Source of the DNA: Prorocentrum cordatum
Lineage: Eukaryota
Direction: 5' to 3'
DNA length: 55,995 bases
NCBI GenBank assembly: GCA_963575745.1
Contig: CAUYUJ010000117.1
Span: 62,001 to 117,995 of the forward strand
The position numbers and the translations under genes are program-made. The notes beneath the pieces are model-generated. The model ran no database searches, was not told the DNA's origin, and worked only from the letters and a program-made list of their open reading frames with translations. Positions 45,201-55,995 of the stretch are shown in pieces; within the stretch, counting starts at the first letter, position 1, and each line of letters begins with the position of its first letter.

Positions 45201-47670
45201 GGTGATGGCCAGGAGGTACGGTACGCAATGCTCCATCCAGTCGTCCATGTCGTCCCAGACGTCTTGGTCGACCATGTTCATCCACTGCTCCGCGTAGCCC
45301 TCCATGTGGTCCACGAGCCTCCAGCTGGCGTGGACGACAGAGTGCGGATGGCTGGGTGGCTGCTGTGGAGCTGGCTGCGGGTCCCCTGCCTCTGAGATGT
45401 CCCCGTCCAGGTCGGTCGCCTCGTGGTTACTCAGGCCGAGCTTGAAATCACCAGGCCTGGTGATCTCGTTGAGACCCTCATCAGCTGGGTCTGCTGCTGG
45501 CTTAGCTCCTCTTGGCAGCTTGCCCCTCTGCATGCCCGCCAAGACCCGCCGCCCTGCTGCTGTTGGGGGCTGACATGGCCTTGCCAGCTTCCTTGCCACT
45601 CCTGCCGCGATTCTGCTCTTGTGGTCCCCAAGGTAGCTGGTGCCGCCACATTTCTCGCACCAGAGCCAGCCATGGGTGAACTGCGTCTTGTGGGAGACGT
45701 GCACCACCTGCGTGCCGATCTGCACCGCCTTGAAGTCGAGCCTGACGTTGCCGTGCTGGTCCTGGTGGCCGCCGTACTTCCCGAGGCATTCTCCCGTCTC
45801 TGCCAGCCAGTCTCTGATGCTTTGTCCTTTGGCTGGGCCACTGCGACACGTTGCACACCACCATCGCGGATGTAGCTTGCGCAAGTCGTGTCCCAGCTGG
45901 GCTGCCCTGTCCCTCGCCGTCTGCGGCTTTCGGCGCTTGGCCTTGGGACGCTGAGGGGCCTTGTTGGGGTCCTCCACCGTCACCGCCATGTTGATGGCCA
46001 GCAGCCGGTTTTGCACCGCCGTGGCGATCTGGTCCCTGATCTGCTGCTGCGCCATGATGGCTGGATCCAGTGCTCCATGCTCCGCTCCCCAGCCTGCGTA
46101 CTTGTCTGCCATCTCGTTTCCTATGACCCACCAGGTGGGACCATTCCACCTCTCCAGCTCAGCTGGGTGCTCAACCCGGTGGCTTGGGATGTGGTGGCCC
46201 ATGATGGTGTCCGTGCTGTTCTGCAGCTGCTGCTACGTCTGGAGCCAGAGGTCGTAGTTCGTGCTCCTGTCGTCCAGATCCTCAGGATCCTGGATCTGCT
46301 TGAGTGCGTCCAGGGCGTACTTGCAATCGCTGGCTATGTTGAGCCCCCTGGCTGTCGCCGCCGTGGTGTACCCGATGGCTTTGCTCGTGGCGGTGAGCTC
46401 TGCCCGTGGCACCGTGTGCGGCGCCCTGATCGTGCCGTACCAGGCGGCCACTTCCTGCGGACGTCCTTGTTCGTCGAACCTGAAGGCCACCACTGCCCAG
46501 CCGCAGCGTCTGAGGCGGGGGTCCTTGGCCGTTTCCCCTGCACCGCCTGAGCCGTCCGTGAAGACATAGTCTGCTCGAACCTTGTACCCTGACTGGGCTG
46601 CCGCCTGAGCCTCTTCGCTGGTGCAGAAGATCTGCGCCGCCTTCGCCGCGTCCTCGTCTGGGTCGACCTTGGCTGCCCAGGCCGCTGGCGGGATGCCTCG
46701 GAGCCAGAAGTGCAGGTCTTGCCGCTGGTCCAGCGCGTCCTTCGCCTTCTTCGCCAGGTCGGTGTCATTGCTGTGCCCTATCTCTGCATTGGCAGGGCAT
46801 GCGTAGTAGCGGTGTTCCTCTGTCTCTATCGCCTCGCCGCATCTCGCGCAGGTGTCGTCGCCTTCTTGGTTGAGGTTGGCCGCCCTGCGACGCTCCCTGG
46901 TCCAGATGCCCGCCACCGCTATGGTCTCCAGCATGGCTGCCTCTGCATGCTGTCCTTTGCGCCTCCTCCTCCTCAGGTGGCGCTGCAGCTGATAGAGGTC
47001 GCCTCCAGCCTGCAGTCCTTCCCCACTGCGATGGCCAGCTGCCGGCTGCCAGAGCTGCTGCTGCGCGCTCCGCTGGACTTCATGCAGGAGCGCGCCGACG
47101 TGAGGAATGTCATCTGGCTTGTAGGCCCACTCGTCACCTGCTGGGCTGATCCAGCTGTCCAGGCGTCGCGGTATCCAGCCTAACCCAAGCAGCTGCGCGA
47201 TGACCCCTGCCATAGGCCCCTTGACCTGCTGCCACCTGCGGTTGGGTTCCAGGGCGTCCAGCTTGGCGTAGAGCAGGAGACAGCCTCTCTGGTACCTCTT
47301 GAGCTCCGTCGGGTGGTCGACTATGGTGAGCCGGAACTGCTTGATCTGGTCGCCGATGGCTCGGGTTACTGCCTCTTGCATTCCCCTCTGGAGCAGGAGG
47401 ATGGTGGACGTGCAGCGTCCAGCCTTGTGTCCGCCTGTGAGGAGCGCTGCCTCCGTAGCCCTGGCCGACTTCGCCTCCGTGGGCGTGATGCCGTGCGCTG
47501 GTAAGTCCCAGGCCTGCTGGCAGTAGGCACCTGCTGAATAGACCTTTGCCGCGCCTCTGGCGTCCGTCTTCGCTAGGTCCTTGAGCTTGGCCACCCTCTG
47601 CTTGGCCTTGGCCTGGCGCGCGGCATGGGTTGGGTAGGTGCGTCGACGCCCCAGGGGCGAAGCCACTTCC
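42258..47670 (-). mobile_element. Element E: 5'-truncated LINE (post-RT region, CCHC, RNase H, Cys motifs, long accessory C-terminus)
   Basis: ORFs 46233-47897 and 42444-46202 are one frame split by a single TAG. Motifs: CARCG..HRYYACP; RNase H FTDGS, RAELTA, ASDC, IPSH, GNEMAD; WWCATC; WCEKCG. It ends in TTTTAAAAA next to a microsatellite. The 5' junction is approximate. Confidence 0.9.
42570..44075 (-). repeat. In-frame 33-bp coding minisatellite (GEGL-[GH/DR]-xxP[Q/L]R) and a 474-bp-period duplication inside element E
   Basis: About 12 consecutive units at 42570-42960, with further units near 43240-43325, 43410, 43710-43780 and 43980-44075. Blocks ~42940-43310 and ~43414-43784 are near-identical. 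Confidence 0.93.
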
Positions 47671-48116
47671 GAGCGCCGATCGAGCTCAGGAGCGCCACTT
47701 CCTGAGCTCCTCCTCCTCCTCCTCCGTGCGCCGCTCGGGATCCTGAAGCTCCTCCTCCTTCTCTTCCTTGTCTTCCTGAGCTCATTCTCCCTCCTCATGA
47801 GTTCCTTTTCTTCATCCTCGCCTCGTCCTCGTCCCCCTCCATATCCTGTGACATTAGTTTCGCTGTTTTTCAGCTCTTGTGAAAAGGCAGAGTGCAAGGT
47901 TTACTAATTTCGGGAAACTAAGATTTCAGATTTTCCAGAACCACGAACGTGCAATACATTGGACTGCGTGAGGTAGAGATGTTTGGAAGTCTACGGCTTT
48001 GCATGTGTAGAAACACGTGGTTCTGCACATGTGGATGAGCGCTGTTTGAACAGAGGCACGCCTTGTTTGCCGAGTTCCCGCTCCCTGCTGCCCCTCCTCG
48101 TGCGATTTCAGTGCAA

Positions 48117-48133
48117 AGCCATTTTGGCTGCAG
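48117..48133 (+). other. Relict spliced leader upstream of the transposase-like gene
   Basis: AGCCATTTTGGCTGCAG versus AGCCATTTTGGCTCAAG (15/17), about 33 nt before the ATG at 48167. Confidence 0.75.
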
Positions 48134-48166
48134 CCCTTTAGCTTGTGGCGCAACGTCACGGACCGC

Positions 48167-50990
48167 ATGAATTCGTTTGTGTCGCCCTACATTCAGCAGC
48201 GCGTATTCATTTATGCTACTGCGTTCACGTGGGTGACATCCGATGGGGCAATAGTTCTGCGGCATAGCAGCTTGGAGACGTGGGCGCACCAATTCAGAGA
48301 TATGTCGCCGAGGCGCAGTCTCCGCACTGTGCTTCAGAGAGTGCCAGTGCGTTCGTTCCAGCGCGGGGCAGACGAATACGAGTTTGATGTGTTGCGCAGC
48401 GCTTTCGAAGAGGCTGGCATCTGCCTCGATTGGAGATCACTCGTTTCTCGGGTCCGAAGGCACCATGGGCTACCTCCATTGGCTGAACCTGCAACCGAAG
48501 ATCGTGCCCTAGTCCCATGCGATGGCACCCCAGAGTCTGCTGAGTCATATGTCTCTCGCGGCGCTGCCTCCTCAGCTTCCTCTGCCACGCGTGCCAGCCT
48601 CCACGACCAGTCCAAGGAGGATCTTCTCTCGATCAATGCGGAGCTTGAGAGACAGATCAGATCACTGCAAAGGAAGATTGATCGACTGAACCGCAAGGTG
48701 CGCACAGGAGCGCAGAAGGCTCGGCGGCGTGCCAAGCAGCCTTCGGTCTCTCGCTCACGTGGGGGCACTTCGCAAAGTTTAACCCTTGCGCTGCCCACGG
48801 GTGGGCCGACGAGGCGGAGAGCAACTGCCCCTGACCAGGGCGTAGATATCTGGCATGCGCCCATTAAGAGAGGCAAGCGGTGTGGAGAAAGATATCTTAG
48901 CTGGACTGGCGGCTTCTCCCTATGCATCCGCAGGTGCATGTCGAACGTGGCAGCTCACGCGCTCGGTTTATGCCTTGGGATGGACATTCACAGGACAACC
49001 GTTTGCAGGTGGGAAGTGTGGTTGCGAGCCGCTCTCGTTGCGTCGGCCAAACACTTCCACGCTTCTTGCCGAGCAGAGATGGCTCTCTCTACTAGTGGGC
49101 TTCACGTTCAGCTTCATTGTCTCCGTGGTGACGCAACTAACGCCTGCATCTGGAACAGGCAAAAACTTAGATGTGCAGAGCTTTCGTCGTATTACGTGTT
49201 GGGCGGCGTGTATCCGGACACTGATTGGGATGCGTTTAAGTCGTGCATATCTCACAGAACAATATTGGGCGATCTCCAAGTTGTTAAGGGAGGCGGTGGT
49301 GAGTATACCCATTCAATTGTTACAAAACAGATGGACTCCGTGGGGTTTCACGACTGGGGGTCATGCGGGTCTCAGTTTTACTGCATCGAAGATTCGCGCG
49401 ATCGACTTCCACTGCCGCTATCAGATGAGCCTGGCGAGCCTGGCGGGCCTGAGCCCGCCGTTGACGGCGGCGCGGGCGCCGCCGCTGGCTCCGTTGACCT
49501 GGCCCCCTTCGCTGACGTCGCCGCGGCGCCCGTGGACTCCGTGGACGTCGACGAGGGCGTGCTCACGATCCTCGTTCTCGGCTCCGACGCCGGCGGGGAC
49601 GAGAAGAAGAGCAGGCGCCAAGTGCACGCCGACACGCGCGAGCAGCCCCGCACTCTGGTGCCGCGGGGGTTGAAAATTCAGTGGGCTTTCGCCTCTCCGA
49701 CGACCTGCTGTTTGCTTACTCCAGCATGTCCTGAGGGGAGGTGGCAGATAATAGTAGCAGCGTGGCCGCGACCCCAGCTGCCCCCCCCAATGACGCGCGC
49801 GCGTTTCGCCTGCCTGCCCGCAGGTGTTCGATGGCGACTGCTTGGCCCACCAGTACCACTTGATCGTGCAATCCGAGCAGGCGCTGATGAACGATTTTAT
49901 GCAGGAGCGCGTTGGCATGAAGCGCCCTCCTCCGCTTCTTCTTCCTCCTCCTCCTCATTATTTTTCTTCCCTTGCTCACCTCCTCGTCCTCGACTCGTCC
50001 TCCCTCTCCCTTCTCATCTTTTTCCCTTGCCCACCTCCTCGCCCTCCCGTGCTTTTTCTTCACTGGCCCACCTCCTCGCCCTCCTCATCCTCATTTCTTT
50101 TTTTCCCTTGCCCACCTCCTCTTCTTCCTCCCCCCTTTCTTTTCCGCCTCCTACTCCTCCCTCTCCTGGATCTCTCCATCTCCCTTCCTGTCCATCCTCA
50201 GTCTTCTCTCCCTCCTCATTCGCTGATTCGATGCTACTGTCTACTGATCCCAAGGTACCTCCCGAGCCTGACTAAACTGCTGCTGTGCTGGAGGGGCCGC
50301 GCTGTGAAGGTGTGGGAGACTTGGGCAGCTGTGTACTCCCATTCCGACGCTTCTGTTTGCAAGTGCATCCCTCCGCAGATCATCTCGGGGCGATGGGGCA
50401 ACGCGAGCCGCTGCGAAGCCTACGTGCTACAGGCGCTGAGCAGCGGCCCTCAGCAGATCAGGAGGGTGCTGCCGATCGCCTTCAAGAGGACGCCTTCCAA
50501 GAATTCCAAGAAGGCGCCTGCGGGGTGGGCAGGGGGATCGCGTTAGGGCGTTAGGCCTTGGAGGGCCCCTCGTCTCTGTCCCCCTCCTGCCTCTCTCTTT
50601 CTTCGTCTTCTTCTTTTTCTTCTATCCCCGCTTCCGTCTGTGCCCTTCCTCTTTCCCCCCCCCATCCTCTCCTCGCCCTCCTCGTCCTCATTCCCCTTCC
50701 TCGCTCGCGCCTCCGCCTCTGACCAGGAAGCCCGCGCATGCCCGCTCCTCGGTTTCTGCCTGGCCCTTGCATCTGACTCCTGCTCCTCATCTTAGTCTTC
50801 CTGTCCTGTCTTCTGGCCCCCGCCGCCGCCGCCCTGCCGTTGCCGGGCCGGCGCCCCCCCGCCCTCCCGCCGCCTGGGAGGCCAGCGCTGGTCTCGAGGA
50901 GGCCCGGGCGGAGGTCGCCGCCAGCCACGAGGAGCAGTACTCGAAGTGGACCTCCCAGGCAGCGGCGGAGAGAAGGGGGGGGGGGGCTCG

Positions 50991-51025
<35 letters not shown>

Positions 51026-51301
51026 CACAATAAAGACGGATAGAGAGAGAGAGAGAGAGAGAAACAAAGAGAGAGAGAGAGACTGAGAGACTGAGAGAGA
51101 GAGAGAGAGAGACTGAGAGAGAGGAGAGAGAGAGATATAGAGAGAGAGGGAGAGAGAGAGAGAGAGAGAGGCAGAGAGAGAGAGAGACAGGCAGGCAGGC
51201 AGGCAGACAGACAGACAAACATACAGACAGACAGGCAGACAGCGAGACAAATACAGAGAGAAAAAGAGATAGACACAGAGAAAGAGAGAGAGAGAGAGAG
51301 A

Positions 51302-51359
<58 letters not shown>

Positions 51360-51509
51360 GAGAGAGTGAGAGAGAGAGAGGTAAAAGAGAGAGAGAGAGA
51401 GAGAGCTAGGTGAGCGGCCTGGGTCATGAGTCATGGTGCGTTCAGAAAGCCTCGAGGATATGGCATGTTTCTAATTCCCCATCCGCTGTCGCCCGCAATT
51501 GTTTGTTTT

Positions 51510-51541
<32 letters not shown>

Positions 51542-54500
51542 AGGAAGAGGGGGAGGAAGAGGAGGGTGAGGATGAGGAGAGGGAGGAGGACACGGAGAAG
51601 GAGGAGGAGGAGCCAGAAACGCTGCATCTTCGAAGCGCCCCGTGGCCGCTGTGATATTTTGGAGGCGCGGAGGAAAGGGGGAGGAGGAGGGGGGTGGGTG
51701 AAGGAGGAAGAGGCGGAGGTGTGGAGGCGGAGGAGGAGGAGGAGGGGGGCGAGGGGGGGGCAGGGGATGCACGCGCCACGTCAGTTTTTCTTCTCTCTCT
51801 CTCTCTCTCTCCGCAGGCGTTGGACGCCTTGAACCTTGATCTGTTCCTGCTCCTGATCAAGATCGGGCACCGCAGCAGGGCGCCGTTGGATCACCATTAC
51901 TTTTACTTGCTCGGCGCTAGGGATCACCTGGAGCCGACCGCGTTGGCTGGGCTCGTCTGGCACAAGGCTGACGAGTTGCACCGCGATCTCCTGGACCTCG
52001 CCGATCTTGACGGCGGCGCATGGGCTGACATCTGGCAGGAGGCGTCGGCTTTGTCAGGCGTTGACCAGATGCGCCTCAGATCGTTCGTCCATCGTTTAAC
52101 GTGCTCTCACGCTGCTGACTATGGCATGCGGGTCGCCCAACTCTGTCGGGAAGACCCGTACCGCCTCCTGTGGTTCGCGAAAGAGCTGCCCGGCACAGCG
52201 TGCAATCGCCGCCGCGCAGTGGCAGCAGACATCCTTGCGAAGCCGCTTGACCAGCTCCACGCCACCGCCAGGAAGATCAGGTTGTTGTTCCCTGCTTCCT
52301 TGTCTCAGTGCAGGGCGCATGGGACAGTGCAGCTGGCCATGTGGAATGTCATGCGGCTGGTGAGCGTCACGTGGCGCGCTGACACCCAGGAGATGGAGGG
52401 CGTCAACAGCCTGCTTCAAGCTGTATGTGCCAGGAGCCCTCGCGTCTCATTGCCCCTGGTAGACGCTCGCGTGGCAACGCGGAAATACATTGGTCTCGGC
52501 AACAGGGCTGCCCACGACCGCAAGTGGTCATCCATCGCGCCTTACGCGGAGACCGTGCTGAGGGACGCCTTGGACAGCGTCGACGGCATCCAGCGCGTCC
52601 TGCAGAACATGCGTCGTTTTCACCCCCCAGAGCCGTTGAATCACTTCAGGCCGATGGCCCACCAGGTGATCGCTGGCAAGATGATGCCTCGAGCAGAACT
52701 GCACTGGGTCGCTGGCTACGCGGCGGTCATCAATCGGGAAGTGAGGGACCGCACGAAGGAGAACCCTTGGATAACGCCGATCGTGACGATCGACGGGTCG
52801 CTGTGGGTCTGGGGGCGAACGTGACCCTTGTGCTTCCTTATCTTTTCTTGCAGCCTCAACCCATCGTCGTTGCATTCCTCCTTGCTTCTCCCCTGCCCTC
52901 TCCACCTCCTCTTCCCCAATTCCTCGTCCCTCCTGCTGCTTCTGCTGTTGCTGCTCATCGTTATGTTACCACCTCTTCCTCCACCCCCTCCTCCTCCTCC
53001 TACTCCTCCTCCTCCTCCTCCTCCTCCTCCTCCTCCTCCTCCTCCTCCTCATCACTCCTCATCCTCCCCCCCTCCTCCTCCTTGCCCGTGTCTGAACGCG
53101 GGGTTCAAGTGCGGCGCTGCCCCCGCTTGTTCTCGCAAGGTTTCGGTTTGAGTTCGGCAATTTGGCTCGCGGTGTCTTGTTTGTTCCAGCGAGGTCCCAG
53201 GGCCCAAGCGCAGGGTTTGGCGCGGCCTCTTCGGGCCCGGGTTCCGCGTCCCACGCCCCCTTCTCCCCTTCTCCCTCCTAGTCGCCATCCCTCCGTCCAC
53301 CGCAGGTACGGCGTGGTGCCGTACTTCCTGGAGGGGAGCATGGATGGCGGGCGCTTGCGCATCGCCCGATTCGCATCCACTTCTACGCCCGCGACCTCTA
53401 TGACGGCGGCGTCGATACTGCAGCAGTACCACGACCTCTGCGCCACACAAGGTATGACGATTTCGATGTCGATTGCCTCCGTGGACACGTCCACACCCAG
53501 GGACGCCCCGCTCGTGCTCGAGTTCGAGCGAAAGATTGCAGTTACGAACGTCGCCCCCCGCATCCCTGCAGCCAGCAGGAAGCAACTGGAACCCATGTGC
53601 TTGGAGAACGCTGGCATCGCAGACGCATTCGCTGGCGGCGGCGAGCCCGAGGAGGTGCCCGACGGAGTGCGCGAGGGCCCCGAGGGTGGGGGAGATGATG
53701 ATCTGTGCGGCGACGACGGCGACGACATATATCACGCTTTGGTTGAAGAGCTTGCGGGAGAGGTCCAGGGCGATGACCACGTCCCAGGCGTCTTAGACAA
53801 GGCCGAGGAAGATGGGGTGGAGAGGGTCGCCAAGGGCGACGTCTTGAAGACTGCCGCCGCGACCTCTAAGTTGTCACCGGCAGAGCTCGAGAAGAGGATC
53901 GATGAGTGTTTCAAGGACCAGGGGAAAGGGCCCAGGGGCCCGGGGGGGGGGAAGGAGGAGGAGGGGGAGGGGATGATGAAGGGGGGGACGGGGGGAAGGA
54001 GGGGGAGGGAGGATGAGGTGGGAGGGGGCGAGGGAGGAGGAGGTCCATCCTCCTCCGGACTGCACCTCCGCCTCCCCCTGCCCCATTCCCCCCTCCCCCC
54101 TCCACCCCCCCTCCTCCCCCCTCCCCTCCCCCGCGAGAAGGAGGACCCCACCCCTGCTTTTCCCACGCGCTCCCCCCCCACTTCCCTGCCCGCCCCGCCG
54201 CGCACCGGCAGGAGACGTACGGCGGCGAGGAGATCAGCGAGGACCAGCAGCTGCGGGACACCCATCTCGTCCTGGCCCTCAGCGAGGCTGTGACGGCGGC
54301 CACCCCCGCGTCCTCGAGCTCCTCTTCTGGCGCCGCCGCTCCCCCGCCCCCTGCCGCTGATCCGCCGCTCGCCGCGGGCGCAGCCCGAGCTGACGATGGA
54401 GCTGGCGCCGCGGGGGGGGAGGGGGGGGGGTCGCGGAGGGGGGCCGCCCCCCCCGGCCGCCCCCTGGAGCCTTCGTCGTCGTCGTCCTCCTCCTCCTCCT

Positions 54501-55744
54501 CCTCCCCCCCCTCCTCTTCCTCCTCCTCCTCCCCCTCCCCTCTCCTCCTCCTCGATTCGACTCGTGATTAAGGGGCGGGGCGTGATGGAATGGCTTCAAC
54601 AGAGCCCACTGCAACGCATAAGGCGAAAACGACGTGGTCTAAGACGGCCCCTTGGGGCCCTTGGGGGCTCTGAGGGCAGATCTCAAACCTGGAGTGCACG
54701 CAGCATTCGCCGCCAAGTTCCCTCTGGTTTCAATGCAGTTGTCAGGTTCGGCTAGAAAAGTTGCGTCCGCCACGTTTCCATTGGTTTCCGTGCATTTTGC
54801 ACGTCGTGAGACTCGAGAGCCCGTGAGAGCATGCAGATGGGGGGGGATTACGCGTCGGATGTCGACCTCCAGGGGCCAAGGCCGCCTTGCCACCCACCTC
54901 CCACGATGCATCGCGCTGCTACTCGGGCCCTCTTGGAGTCCAAGAGGGCCCGAGTGGCAGCGCGATGCATCTTGGACCCCACCCCCTCCGGGGCGCTCCT
55001 TTGCGAGGCCTCGCAGAAGCGCGCGCTGCGCTGCTTTGTTGGGGCAACGCTGTCGGGAAATCAGTGGCTGCGCTGCGATGTCGAGCGGCTTCCCTCGCTG
55101 GCGCAGTGGGGGGGGCGAGCTGGGAGGTGCGGCCAGGGACTTGGCAGCGACACATGTCATTGGTTCAGGTGTTTGACCCCGTGGCCCGTCGTTCTACAGC
55201 TCAGCTAGTGCATTGGACGAACGTCTCGGAACGCCTGGGGTTGCGCGTCAGAGTGGACAACTCGACGAATAAACCTGTGTACGCTGTGAAGGGGCCCATG
55301 GGGGGCCCAGTGGGGGGGCTAACGACGCCCGAAGAGTCTTTCAGCGACTGCCTCATCATCCACAACGATGTCGGCGTGGCGATGCAGAAGCTCAAAGTTG
55401 ACAGAGACCCCCTTCCGGATACAGTTCTGCATCTTCGCGACATGTGGAATGCAGCCCTCCACGCGGCAGCTCCAGGCCATGATCCCGGAGTGGGGGGAGC
55501 GCTTGGCGTGTGTTTCATTTGTGAACGCTCTAGCGTCGCCGACAACGGCGTGCACCAGTGCATTTGCTGCCGCCAATCGTTTCACAGGTGCTGGCGTGAA
55601 GTGGCCAGCCGGGCAGACTGGGCCGCAGCGCCTTCGTTTTCCCCCCTTCCAGCTTTGCCCCAAGTATTTCACATCCCAGAGGCCATCTGCCCCGCTTGCT
55701 CTCGCGCCTGGAGCGTCGAGACCACCGTCGGCGGACTCGCCTAG
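48167..55744 (+). CDS. Intron-containing hAT-like DDE transposase with a C-terminal PHD-like Cys finger
   Basis: Inferred exons: 48167-49657, 49824-49921, 50255-50513, 50881-50958, 51817-52820, 53306-53915, 54212-~54378, an uncertain linker exon, and ~55137-55744. The joined frame gives LRGDATN (D 49130), GSDAGGD (D 49586), DCLAHQYHL (CxxH), SGRWG, DTQEMEGVNS (E 52396) and CFIC..CICC...H.C..CPAC. Confidence 0.72.
50989..51406. repeat. (GA)n microsatellite in an intron
   Basis: Directly visible. Confidence 0.97.
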
Positions 55745-55995
55745 CTGGGGGTGGGGGGGAGATAAAGAGCGAGGACGGCAGGGGGATGGGTTTGAAGGCC
55801 CCCGCCGATTCAACTTCTTGCGGTGCCTGCGGTTGAACTGAATTAGAGCGCGCGAGGTGCGCTCTTGTGGCGCGCGTCGCGCGGGGGGCTGGCGGCGGCG
55901 GGGGCGCCTGCCAGACTGCTCGTGCGCAAGTGAGCTCGACAGTTAGATCAGAGGGTCAGAGGGGGGCCATCCTCTAGCCAGATCCTGCCTTCGAT

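Noticed and set aside
49658..50275. ORF 48143-50275 as a single uninterrupted protein
   Set aside because: The part after 49657 reads through intron and polypyrimidine sequence; the conserved CxxH motif is in another frame reached by splicing.
47840..55995. Terminal inverted repeats of the hAT-like gene
   Set aside because: No matching inverted pair was seen; the right end may lie beyond the window.

Overview
This is eukaryotic, GC-rich, microsatellite-rich nuclear DNA that is very likely from a dinoflagellate. The evidence is two perfect 22-nt dinoflagellate spliced-leader (DinoSL) copies, two degenerate SL relics and introns with GC-AG/GA-AG boundaries. A minus-strand host gene encoding thrombospondin type-1 (TSP1) repeats is visible as four tiny phase-0 exons (22946-22845, 13034-12960, 8953-8894, 5024-4947) that splice into two clean TSP1 repeats. 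Its introns and upstream region hold five non-LTR retrotransposons. A (1-1008) is a CRE-like restriction-endonuclease fragment. B (10199-12300, +) is a 5'-truncated ZnF-RNase H LINE. C (16077-22589, -) is a full-length EN-RT-ZnF-RNH LINE that starts with a perfect DinoSL and is bounded by a 16-bp target-site duplication. D (24009-35388, -) is an 11.4-kb SL-headed LINE with the order RNH-EN-RT-C2H2 and a C-terminal, apparently catalytically dead cytosine-methyltransferase-like domain. E (42258-47670, -) is a truncated LINE with a very long repeat-rich C-terminus. D and E share an unrecognised, tandem-duplicated Trp/Cys domain, placed at opposite ends of their polyproteins. The right end carries an intron-rich hAT-like DDE transposase gene with a PHD-like finger, preceded by a relict SL. 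There are also many MITE-like foldbacks, a 77-bp satellite and (CCT)n/(CA)n/(GA)n/(CAC)n tracts. All domain calls are by-eye motif recognition; no searches were run.
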